From Polymyxa betae A26-41 (Eukaryota; Protista; Endomyxa: Phytomyxea), in NCBI GenBank assembly GCA_003693705.1, contig RBZT01000563.1:124001-188000 (forward strand): DNA of 64,000 nt, read 5' to 3'. The translations under genes were made by a program, and so were the position numbers. The notes under the pieces are model-generated. The model did not search any database. It saw nothing but the letters and a program-made list of their open reading frames with translations, and was not told the origin of the DNA. The first letter of the stretch is position 1, and every line of letters begins with the position of its first letter. Shown here in pieces: positions 26,301-37,119 of this stretch.

Positions 26301-27761
26301 AGTTTTACTATTCGCCCAATGTACAGCCCCATCTATTTGTCCTCACTGATTCTGACAGTGGCTAGGCTCAAGACATTACCGAATTCAGAGCACTCGTTTC
26401 ACGAGAGGAGAACCTTAGTGATGCCCTCTCTGCATTGCAGCAGGAACTGCGTCTGGCAAATCAGGCGGCGTCTGCTGTTGCATGTAATCTTCTTTGATTA
26501 TCTGCCGTTTTCGTTTCTGAGGTTTTTTCTAGCTCGGTTGAATACTTGTCGTGACCAATACCAAGCTATCGTTTCCAAGCATTTCGGGATGGGAAAAGAT
26601 GTGGATATTGCCAAGACCTTAGAAGGGAGTAGGTCTCAATTATGCACTTTACGGGCTGAAATCGCTATTTCAACTAAGCCTGCCTCTGTTGGCACTAGCA
26701 ACCACCAGAAATTGCAGAGTATGGGAAACTTTATTGGCATCATTGGATTGCTGGCCACTTGCTTCAGCGAAGAGGATTGCAGACTGGGTATGTTGTTGTC
26801 TTTAGTTTTATGTGTCTCGCTAATTATTCGATAAGTATCGTACGCTCTCTCCAATATTCTCTGTGCTCCCATTTTTCATACGATTTCTCCCGCTGAATCT
26901 GCACGCATGAACATGAGGCACTTCGCTCTGGTGTGTCCTTTACTTCCGTATCATCTCCTCTCGCTAAGTAGTTGTCAGGATGTTATGCCGAAGGATGAAT
27001 CATCTTTGTCCAAGCATCTGTCCCTTGCCAATCAATATGGACGACAGTGGAACTCCGATCCGGTCCCTCTTTTTCATCTAGTTCATCCTCATCCAAACAT
27101 TCAACAAGAGCTGTTTCACAAGATTTTTTCAAGCCTGTTACGAGGGAATTTGGCATGCAAGACATATGCTGATGGAATGGCTTTCAAGCAGTTCTGCGTC
27201 AAGCACAGGCTTAACTGTGGCACCATCTTCACTTATGGTAAAAATTTAATGCTTTTCGATTTGTTCTGACATCGTTTCTAGACGGACGCATTTTGAAAAA
27301 TAACGGAGAACTGGGCGGTACTGTTCCGTTGCTCTCCAAGCTACAGAAACGCATTGGTGAGTCGCAACTACCTATCTATTTTTTTCTGTTAATAGTGTCT
27401 TACAGGAATCGAGCCACGACAACTACGTGAGCGGCTGGTCGAATGTGAAAAACATATTCAAGATCTTGAATACCTTCAGCGTCTGGTTGTTGAGCAGCGA
27501 CAGCTGTCTGAGAAGCAAAATGCCGACAGTGATAGGATAAGCAGGTGAGACTATTCTACAAATTCTGCCGAATTTCAGCTGATACGTTTCAGTATCGAGC
27601 AGAGAATCCTAGTGACGGAAAAAGATCTCGAGAGTGTTCGGCAGCAGATTGAGAAAGCTGACCCGAACCCAGCTGGTACTACAGGCAGAAAGCGACGACG
27701 AGCTTCCTTCGGGGGTCCGACAGCTCGTGGAGATGGTCCTGCAGCCCGTCGCAGAAGATAG
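20364..27761 (+). CDS. SMCHD1: SMCHD1-like protein (GHKL ATPase, long linker, SMC hinge)
   Basis: Spliced motifs: SGDFSYFSESGMSPLPYALSEFIDNS; VVIWDNGCGM; NSNISMFGVGAKMSAFFIG; SFTYVVINGV; YHWYLHG; NYFPFNDVETYP; FSCWWQGRLIP; RVKGCLFLDKSFKVTQNK; FKEWIKSCHDRYDKEV. Hinge: FIGIIGLLA...DPVPLFHLV...IFSSLLRGNL...CGTIFTYDGRILKNNGELGG. Basic C-terminal tail RKRRR..ARRRR. All occur in the same order as in vertebrate SMCHD1. Confidence 0.88.
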
Positions 27762-27820
27762 TAACTTGTAACAGTTTGCTTAAAATAAAACTGAATTGAT
27801 GTATTCGTGTGAGAGGATTT

Positions 27821-29158
27821 TCATAGTTCATTATCTCCGGAGACTGAACGCATCAATCTGGCTCTTCTTCTGCCCATTCGTATGCCTCGCCATAGACCAA
27901 TGAAAGCGAGAATCGCCAATAACACGTAAAGCAAAATGAGCCAAGTCCCAGCTCCTAATCCGTATACGACTGGTTGAGCTGTGGGTACAGGTTCTGGATC
28001 TTTGCAATAATAAACCTTAGATTCTTCGCTGTAAATCGTCTCTACAGTGCATCGTTGGTAATTATCAATGCAGAATCCGGGGACATTGCGATTATCACTG
28101 TTCTCGCAATTACAGATGCAATCCTTGAAATCGAATGTGCCTCTAGCACACCCTGCTTTCGGCGGAAGACATGAATTTTCCTCTGCACGATTACTACAAG
28201 TTAGCAATTCGTGGATTAGATGAATGTCCTTGGGTGTTTGCATGTACGAGACGAGCTGAGCATTTGTGACAATCCAGACATTCTCAAAGTCAAGGACTTG
28301 GCCGATGAACTTGCTGAAGGCTTCCATGGCGGTATCATCTTCCAGCAGATTTTTGGACAGCGGGATGGAAACCGGAGCACGATTTCCATAGAAGCTTGCT
28401 GCAAAGTTGAATGCCAGTAATGAAGCCCAATCCGGATTGGAACTTAGGGCATTGCCAAGTGAGACATCGCTTTGACCGCCATTTCCTGTCTTGTTGTGCC
28501 TGTCTCGAAATTCCCAAACAGGAATCTCAATCAGTCCAGGATGCCGCTCTCGAGCATCACACATAACATGGGGATCGCTGCAATCCTCAGCAATTCCAAA
28601 ATCCATCGTATATGGCCAATGCCGTTCGCCAGGGTTTTGAACTGCTTCCAGAATACTGTGGTCGTATTTGAATCCAATCTGGCCCAGGATCGATCGGGTC
28701 CCGATTCCGTTGCTCCATTTCGGCGCGCGAAACCCTATGATTTGATCAGCAGGGATCTGTGAGCTTTGAACAAGCCAATCCCTGGCCTTGGTAATCTGCG
28801 ATTGGATATCGCCTCCTTCGGCAGCTGCTGTGACAGCAATTTCAAAGTAACGGTTGAAAGCATTACGAATCATGTCGGCATTCGAATGTTCACGAATGTA
28901 CCATGTAATTGGAATATTGCAGCCATTCAGGTTTTTATGCCTCCTCGTCAGTTTCACCATTCGGGAGAACGTCGATTGTGTCATGAGCTCGTCCGTATAC
29001 AGAATAACGAACTGTGGCGTATTATCGCGATCGAAACGCCCAGGCGATGTGGTTGAAGGGCATATACAGGATGGCAACTGACATTCATCTGGGCATTGAT
29101 CGTCTGCCAGAATCACAGTAATAGTAACAAAGCATATCCATAACGCTTTTCTCTTCAT
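27821..29158 (-). CDS. Secreted, membrane-anchored CE4 (chitin/polysaccharide deacetylase-like) protein, predicted inactive
   Basis: Intronless 445 aa ORF. Signal peptide, CQLPSCICPS, TPQFVIL, NLNGCNIPITWY, IIGFRAP, WPYTMDFG, PGLIEIP, GNRAP and VWIVTNAQLVSYMQTP match insect/fungal-type CDA-like proteins. Followed by a Cys-rich stalk, a TM helix and a basic cytoplasmic tail. Confidence 0.85.
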   Translation of the reverse strand: MKRKALWICFVTITVILADDQCPDECQLPSCICPSTTSPGRFDRDNTPQFVILYTDELMTQSTFSRMVKLTRRHKNLNGCNIPITWYIREHSNADMIRNAFNRYFEIAVTAAAEGGDIQSQITKARDWLVQSSQIPADQIIGFRAPKWSNGIGTRSILGQIGFKYDHSILEAVQNPGERHWPYTMDFGIAEDCSDPHVMCDARERHPGLIEIPVWEFRDRHNKTGNGGQSDVSLGNALSSNPDWASLLAFNFAASFYGNRAPVSIPLSKNLLEDDTAMEAFSKFIGQVLDFENVWIVTNAQLVSYMQTPKDIHLIHELLTCSNRAEENSCLPPKAGCARGTFDFKDCICNCENSDNRNVPGFCIDNYQRCTVETIYSEESKVYYCKDPEPVPTAQPVVYGLGAGTWLILLYVLLAILAFIGLWRGIRMGRRRARLMRSVSGDNEL

Positions 29159-29544
29159 GCTTTAGACCGACTGCATCTAGAATAACTTAATATTGTTTAG
29201 CAAATGATTCAACATCGTTTGGCGAGCCATGCAAGATCTGATGACTCATCCGACTTCAGTCCCCATGTTGTTTTACTCTGCGAAAGCCATTTGGCTCGCA
29301 TGTTTGGTTATGCTTGGTGCTGACTTGCATGATCGCCGCTAACAAATCTGGCTGTTCGGGCGTCGCCTCGACTCCGATCACACCATCACCAGTTCATATT
29401 TATAAAGGATGCAAATCAGTGAAAATTTGTAATGTGTATTGGCGACAGAGCTTTGAAAGGGGAGGCTCCATCCACACAGATAACGTTTCATGGCAGGCTG
29501 CTCTTCGACCTGCTTCAGCTTGATTATACAGAGCTCTCCCTTTA

Positions 29545-32259
29545 ATGTTAAGCTCTGGATAGAGACGTCGATTGTCTTCATAATCGTTATCGAGGTTCAA
29601 AATTGAGGCGCCGGTTCCGAGCAGCCGCCGGGTGTCGGCTGCAGGCATCGCCGGTTTGGATGGCGCCGCCGTGCCTGTTTCTGTGCCGCTGGTCCGGCAT
29701 TTGCTCCTGGCCGAGTTCGACATCGATAAGGGCAGTATTATAAAGTATCAGATTCCGGGTCCGACCGGAGCGCCTGAGACCAGCTTGGCTGAATGCATGC
29801 TTCCCGAGGGAGGCCATCTGCACGAAACCGACTCGACCATATTCTTCATCGCACCGCAGAACGTCAAAGCTAATGACGATGCGACTGAATCATGGCTGGA
29901 GGAAAGCGGAGATGCTATCGATGCTTTTCGGATATTTCCTTTACAACAGCAATGCCAGACGGAAGTCTGCGAATCGCTCTGGCAAGTTCGCTGTTATGCG
30001 ATGGATCCCGAAGACAAACAGTACGGGCTCATCAACGACGATGGCGGTCTCGTTCGTGTTCGATTTCGTGTGACAAAAGAAGCCACACAGGCGGCTCCGC
30101 CTCAGTATTCGTTAGATGTGGAACGTCTCGACGATAAGGGTGTCATTCGATCGATTGTGGTTACGATGGATCTTCGTTATGCATTTCGGGACGAAGATCG
30201 ATTCGCCGTCATCGATTTCGATTCGGAGTCTTCATGCAGTTTATCGCTGCAGTTTGAATCGCAAGACGACCTGCTTCGATTCGAAAGCGTCATTTGTAAA
30301 GTCGTTGATTCGACCGCCGGCAACGTGTACGCCTGGGATAACGTCAACGATTCCGTTCAGGACATTTTAGACCCGGAATTGGAAAAACGATACGCCGATT
30401 ACAGAGAGATGGACGCCGCTTTATTCGTCTGCCTGAATATCGTCCAAACACGAAAAGTGCAATCTGTACGAAGGGGCGCCGTAGTGAAAGCGCTCGCTGT
30501 CGTTACCTCTCGACGATATGTTGAAATGTTTCGGCCGTTATTATCGAAAGCGTTGGACGAGATCTTCATCGCTCGGAACGATGAGCAGGTTTTATCGTTC
30601 TTAAATCAACTCCATGCAGTTTTATCAACGGTTCAATGCCCAACAGTTCAGGCATCGCCCTTACATACTCGAGTCATTCGCGGGCTGTGTGGATACGGTA
30701 CTGGATGCCCGTTCTCCGCTTTCGAAGTCCCGCTGGCTGGAGAGTCGTTTACTCTAAAATTGCCCATAGTCGATATCTATGAGGATGAACTCGGCGGGGT
30801 CAGTATTGTCGAGTTGGTGCGAATTTTCGGCGAGTCGGTTATGATCCTCTATAATGGCATCTTCCTCGGGAGGCGGGTTCTGTTTCTGGGACATAATATG
30901 GCCGCCTCTCTCGTTTCTCGACTCGTACTTGCTGCCGCTGCAATGGTTCGGCCGCTGTCAGCTGGCGTCCTGCATCGTCTATTTCCTTATGCACATCTGA
31001 CTAATCTCACATTCTTGCAGACTCCTGGTTTTATTGCTGGTGTTACCAACCCGATATTTGCAAATCATTGGGAATGGTTTGATATATTGGCTGATATCAA
31101 GCAGGGAACTGTGCAGCTCTCGTCGCAGCAAGCCAATCAGGCTTCGGTTAGCGGCGCCAATGTAGTCCCTTCGTTAACGCCAGAAAAGCTTTTAGAGTCT
31201 TCAAGTGTTTCTCACGAATCGATTGATTTAGAAATGTACGCTCAGATGACGTCGGCGGGGACGGCTACTTTTGGTGAAGAATACACGAGGGCGGTGTTTT
31301 ATGATCATACGCTATCGCTACTCGATCAGGTCGTGTCAAAAGAGCTATTCCGGGACGATACTAGACGCCGTTATACGTTTGATGGAAATTCAGCTAGGCT
31401 GTCCGAATATCGTGCTGCGAAGCATCACGACTACCACGACGTATCAGTAAAATGCGCCCAGAGGCATTCGCTCTTTGGAAGGCATTTTAACACGATCAAA
31501 ACCGTAAGATATTCGCTTTGCATCTCATAGAAGTATTCAGTAATGTTGTAGTCGGCGAGACTGCTTCAGGTTCGGCGACTTCCATCACGCCAATTACAAA
31601 ACATTTTCGAGGAGATCGCATCCAGATTAATAACCGAAGAGCACGTTTGGCAGCTCCTGGATCTATTGCCTGAATGCCGCTCCGGCCTATTGCCAATTGC
31701 TATTAGCTTATTTGGACAGCAATTTGTACAGAAAGCCGCATTTGATCTTCTGGAAAGAATCGAGTCGACCGGTGTTGGAGCTAAAGCGATCGACCAGCTT
31801 CCGTTAATGCTATTGATGGCATATCGGAGGTTGAAGCGAGAGAAGAAGGAATCGCAGCGCAGGGAATCGACTGTTCTACCAGATTATATCCAGCAACGGG
31901 ATTCATTTTCCCGATTAAGGCCCACCGTATCTGCCTCGTTCAAAGATTCACCCAGCTCATCCGACATAAGCAGGCTGACGTTCCCGAACTCAAGCTTAGT
32001 TGGACTGAACGCAACAGCGATGTTACCCATGTCGAGAACAGATTTGAACGCAAAAGGGGTGTCCCCGGAGGTCGTTATCTCCATGGTTCGTCAAGATACG
32101 GGATCATCGGGTCCAATACGTCCAGCCAGCCTCGAGTCAGATTTCCAAGCCGGGTCCAGCGACGACGACGCTATCGATAACGACGCCAATAGGCTGATGC
32201 AGCAGATTCAGAGCGACGACTCGGCCTATGCCAGGAGCGACATTGGCTCTGAAGACTAA
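29545..32259 (+). CDS. Afi1/MesA-like DENN-family protein
   Basis: VRHLLLAEFDIDKGSIIKYQIP, LAECMLPEGGH, VRRGAVVKALAV, RRVLFLGHN, RLFPYAHL, GFIAGVTNPIF and LPECRSGLLPIAISLF. One intron at ~31504-31550. Start inferred (see findings). Confidence 0.82.
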
Positions 32260-32577
32260 TTAAACAGAAATAACATAATCGTACAAAGAGAGATACTGAC
32301 CACTTGTGCAAACTTTTATTCCATATTGAATGGCTCTAGCTTCAATATCCATCATTACGATGATTTCGTCCAATCCGCTCATGCTTAAGCCGTTACATAC
32401 AAAGCATCGTTGTAATGCTACTTGAGTGACTGATGCAATTCTACATGATCAGCAGACCCGATCATGTAACTATAGTAAGATGGCCCGATAGATGTAAGCA
32501 GGATGACGGTACGCGATACTACAAGGTTGCCCGGCCCGATGCCGGTTACGGGAACAGCGGAATTAGGGTTTGCGTTC

Positions 32578-34081
32578 ATGTGGTCGACGGCATCCAGCCG
32601 GATGTCCCGGGTGATGCCGGCCCGAATCGGTCGCCGCTCCTTGTCGCTGCTCTTCTCGGCGCCCACCAGGTTGCCGAGGGCACCTGCCACGCCGCCCTAC
32701 CGTCGCAATGGCCGGTACATCAACCCTTGGCAGACCGCCCCGGAACGAAACATGGCCGCCGCTCTCTGGCGAATGTTACGATGTCATCTGAACTCACACG
32801 ACGTTCAATTGCCAAGGACGCAGCCCGATTTCAACCTGATTCGAAACCCGCCAAACTCCAACGACGAAGCCATTCTAACTTGGTACCGATGTTTCATCTC
32901 TTTTTTTCTCATGATTCACCTCTTACTAGGATCGGGCACTCCTCGTTTCTTATTCAAGTAAGTTCAAACCATGATCTTGCTTCTTATTCAACAATGCGTT
33001 TGTAGATAGGGCGCTATAATATTCTCACCGACCCTATCTTCTCAGAACGAGCTTCGCCATCGATCTGGTTCGGTCCTAAACGTATAGTTCCGGTTGCAAA
33101 CGGGTCGCTATCGAATCTGGTCGCTGATTTACCTCCCATCGATATCGTTCTCATCTCACACAACCATTACGATCATCTGTGCGCAGACACCGTCGACGCC
33201 TTGCACGCCTCGCATCGCCCAACCTTCTTCGTCCCGGCCGGCGTCGGCGAATGGATGCGCCAGCGCCGTATCGACGACGTCGTCGAGATGGATTGGTGGC
33301 AAACGTCCTCCTCGCCTTGTTTGATGAGCAGCACATCTCCTCAGATTGAGATCATCTCCTTACCTGTACAACACCTCACATCTCGCTCAATATTTGATCG
33401 TGGTGCTACATTATGTCTCAGCTATATGATGCGATTCCGAACATTGGATTCGATTCGTCAAATCTATTTCGCCGGCGATACAGGTCCGTGTGGCTGTCGT
33501 TCGCGAATTTGTTCCTTATTCTTGAAAGGTTATCGTAACGTGCCGGAATCGTTCGTCGGTGATGAGAATGATCTCCCATCGAATCCTGTGTTCAGACAGG
33601 TCGGTGAGCGCCTTGGTCCGGTAGACCTTTCGCTGATCCCGATCGGTGCCTATTCGCCACGATGGTTCATGTCACCAATGCATTTATCTCCTGAGGACGC
33701 TGTCTGTGTTCACCAAGATCTGCGATCACGACAATCTATCGGCATGCATTGGGGCACCTTCTTCCTGTAACTCTCCTCTTTCCGCAATCAATATTCTGAA
33801 AATTTCGCAGAACCGAAGAACCAGCCGATGAACCGCCACGACGATTGCGCGCGGCGACCAGCGCCCAAGGCCTAACCGAGTCCGAATTCGGCGTGATGCA
33901 GCACGGCGAGACCAGACGCATCCAGTTCGAAACAGCAAACGAATTGATTCGCGAATTCGAGACAACGCCGATGGCGCGCAGGTACGCCACCGACCTCCCA
34001 TTGTGTTTACTAATCATCGATTGCAGCAGTAATAGGGCCGACGATGAGAGGCGGTCCAGTACGTTGCAGGCTCATCTCTAG
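32578..34081 (+). CDS. NAPE-PLD-like metallo-beta-lactamase-fold hydrolase
   Basis: TWIGHSSFLIQ, ILTDPIFSERASP..GPKR, ISHNHYDHL, FAGDTG, LIPIGAYSPRWFMSPMH and IGMHWGTFFL, split by short introns. The Arg/Ser-rich N-terminus may be a targeting peptide. Confidence 0.88.
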
Positions 34082-35600
34082 AAGATGGTAATCCAGCGGT
34101 TAATAACTGACGGATCCTTCTGCTGTTGATTGATGCATTCTGTGATCCAGAATAGGTTCCGCCGTTCCTGCTCTTTCAGCTTGACAAATGCCCAGATAAA
34201 TGCGAAATGCGATTGCCCCTGAAACGCCTCACGATTCAGCTCGACCTCGCGCTCGTATAGCACGTCCTCGATCCTGTCATAATTAGCAGAACATTAACAG
34301 GGATCGATAGGCTGTTACTCTTTGCCTTCGTTATGAGCTCGTTGCCATAATTGTGCGAAAATCTTGTAATCTTCGAGGACGGCCCCGAGCTGGGTCGCAT
34401 CACCCACCTGCGCGAATTTATCGATGGCGTTCGGGTACAAAGTCCCAAACGATGCGAACAGCTTGGCGCGATCATCGCGCCGAACGGGGTCGTTCAGCGG
34501 AGTTGCGAACGAATTAATCATGATGGAAATGGCACGGCGATCAGCCTCGAACTCGAGCAGCGTCTTCATAGTCTCCCACGTCTCACCGCCCATACGACGA
34601 CAATAATCGTAGAAATCTTCCAGCCACAATCTGGGGACACGAACAATGACATTCATAACGATACGATTAAAATGAGCGGCGTTACTTTTTGAGAATGTCG
34701 TTGATGACATCGATGTCTTCTTCAGAGAAGATCTGATGCATGTGCTGGAATGAGCTCAGCTCCTGGGTGACCGGCGCGATACATTCAAAATATTTCTCGA
34801 AATAACGAGCTACAGGGGTATCAATAAGGACCGTCGAATAGAGCTCCAAGAACCCTTCTTCTGTGTTCTCAAACGTCAATATCGACTGCCGACGACAATC
34901 AGCTATTTCTAAAAAAATGCAAAAACAAAACCGACTTTCATTCTCGGAAACCGACCCATCGGATTGCATTTCGATAATAGTTGATCAGGAGCGCCTAGAA
35001 CCAATATTCGATCTGGGTTTAGGGTTTAGGGTTTAGCTTATACCTCCTTTGATGAGGCTCAGGATCAGGAACGAGATGTTATCGAGCATGAATTCGAACG
35101 AGATCAGATCCATGAAGCTAGCCAGCGATCCGGTCGCCTGCGCTCGCACGAAATCGTATTCCTTTCAATCGATCGGTGGCGAACATCAAGCGAAAAAAAA
35201 AACTGCACCGACCTTCTCTAATTTATTCGAGCAAGCTTCGACCACGAAATCGGGCGTCAATTTCCCTGACTGTAATGACTGCAGCGATTTGGCGTAATCG
35301 GTATCGGTTAGTGTCAGCTTCACATCGTCTACATGAATAAATCAATCGAGGGAATTATGCATAATTCCGCAAACCGAGCGTTTCGCATTGGCAGAGCTGC
35401 CGATAATGATAATCCTGCAGGAACCCGGAACGGAACCCGCGAAAGACACCTTCTAGAAACCTATTCGAAGGTCAGAGATAGAGACATCGCCGCCGCCCTA
35501 AGTACCCATAGGAGATGTTGAAGGTGAGCAGGGAGCCGGGCGGCTCGTACGATCGGATGAACGACTCCTCCTCGTAGTAGTCGAGAGCGTCGTCGGCCAT
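34078..35600 (-). CDS. VMA6: V-type ATPase V0 subunit d
   Basis: FNISYGFLEGVFRGFRSGFL, CQCETL, FEFMLDNISFLI, VLIDTPVARYF, WLEDFYDYC..GGETWETMKTLLEFEADRRAISIMINSF, and FQGQSHFAFIWAFVKLKEQERRNLFWITECINQ. Confidence 0.95.
35015..35036. repeat. Short telomere-like (TTTAGGG)n tract inside a VMA6 intron
   Basis: gggtttagggtttagggtttag lies inside the predicted 49-nt intron 34995-35043. Confidence 0.75.
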
Positions 35601-35883
35601 GGAGTCTGTCGCCGACTGCTGATCTTGTGTCTCCGACCCCGTACAACACAGCAATCTTCCCCGATCAGATATCGTTATAAGCCGATCTTCGACTCGCTCA
35701 CAATAAAAGTCTCTCTTCTAGTGTAACGTTATGTCTTAACCAGGGTTACGTTACTTCCATTGAGAAAAATCGCAACTTTTAAGTGTTTTTTTTTGAAAAC
35801 TCAATAACCTCGCTGTGTCAAGCTATGTTGTTGGCGCCTAATGCCACCGATAGATGGCGGGAATACGAATGAGGGAAGGGGGT

Positions 35884-36790
35884 TTAACCCATGCACAGCC
35901 TCTCGCAATGATTGCTTACAAATTGGAGGCCATTTGCATCCAGATTGATCAAATCAGGAATACTGGAGTCAGACTCAGGTATTGTAGCTCTGTTCCAGAA
36001 CTGAAAGTGAGTCTTATTTATCAGAGCTGGAAAATGGTATGATACTACTGACAAAATCATATTTATTTTCCGTGTCTTAAATGAGGGGATTTTTGGGATT
36101 GTTCCCAGTAATTGCTTCAATACTACTTTTTAAAGGTATTTCACATACGTGAATCATACTGCAATCGATGCCAGCTCATGGTCGGCTCAAACTTTCTATG
36201 CCATAAGTCGCATCATATTACAAACTTTAAGCAAGACATCAATCTCCCGTCTGTTGCAGCTGATTTGATATTGGATAGACTGCAGAAGGCAGAGCTCCTG
36301 TCGTCTCCTGCAACAAAGCTCCTCTGAGAAGTCCATATGGAGACTCCTCGTTACAACTTTGTATCGAAGCGCTTGCTAAAGTTAGTTTATGGTTAAGTTT
36401 GAGATATGCACATATTAGGAGACTTTTGCAATGGAATGGAAACATCTGTTGAATGAAGCATAACGCCTTTCTGGCGTTCCAGCTAAGTTCCAGAAGTTTT
36501 AGACAAGAGACTTGTTTGTACGAAGTCTATACAATAGAATACTTCATCGACAGTCATGAGAATGCTCTCGCCCAGAGCTGTTTGCCAGGATTGGATTGGA
36601 TTTTCTAGTTTGTTGATTTTGTCAACGGGCGGCGCGGTGACCCTCGCGCAAGGCAGGTATTACTGAGGCATCGCCTCAATCTACCAGGGGACTCTTACTT
36701 CCAGTTTCAGAGCCGATAACTAATACACCCATAGCTGTTTGCCAGGAACTTTGGATAGCAATAAGAACCTGTTTGTTGCATTCACAGCAT
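35884..36790 (-). CDS. Possible hypothetical multi-exon gene
   Basis: Short minus-strand open segments bounded by GT/AG, and a duplicated SWQTA(L/M)G-encoding motif. No recognised domain. Boundaries approximate. Confidence 0.25.
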
Positions 36791-37119
36791 TTGACGAAAT
36801 GTTGTGTATTTTGCTGTGTGTATCATTTGTGCACTTCGTCAAAAAGTGTCGTGTTTTAATCCGCCTGTGAATCCACGGCCTGCTATCCGCCTTCTGCTAC
36901 GAAGGTGTGGGAGCTGTGGGTGAGCAGGGCAGCAGCCAGGGCAATCGCATCAGCGGCGGCAAGGCTGCAGCATCTTCAAAATAATCGCCTAACTGAACAC
37001 AATCCTGATATGCTGCATGATTGCAAAGCCAATGCAAAGATCGACAACGTGGGCGAGATCGTGTGCTGTACCGGTCCTGAGGACCCCGAGCCGACCTGTG
37101 ATAGTGTGCCAGCCGATCC

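Noticed and set aside
35015-35036. True telomere or chromosome-fusion site
   Set aside because: Only about three units, and they lie inside an intron of an intact conserved gene.
35461-35503. Non-canonical GG/GC donor in VMA6 intron 1
   Set aside because: A canonical GT..AG intron gives YG|FLEG in frame.
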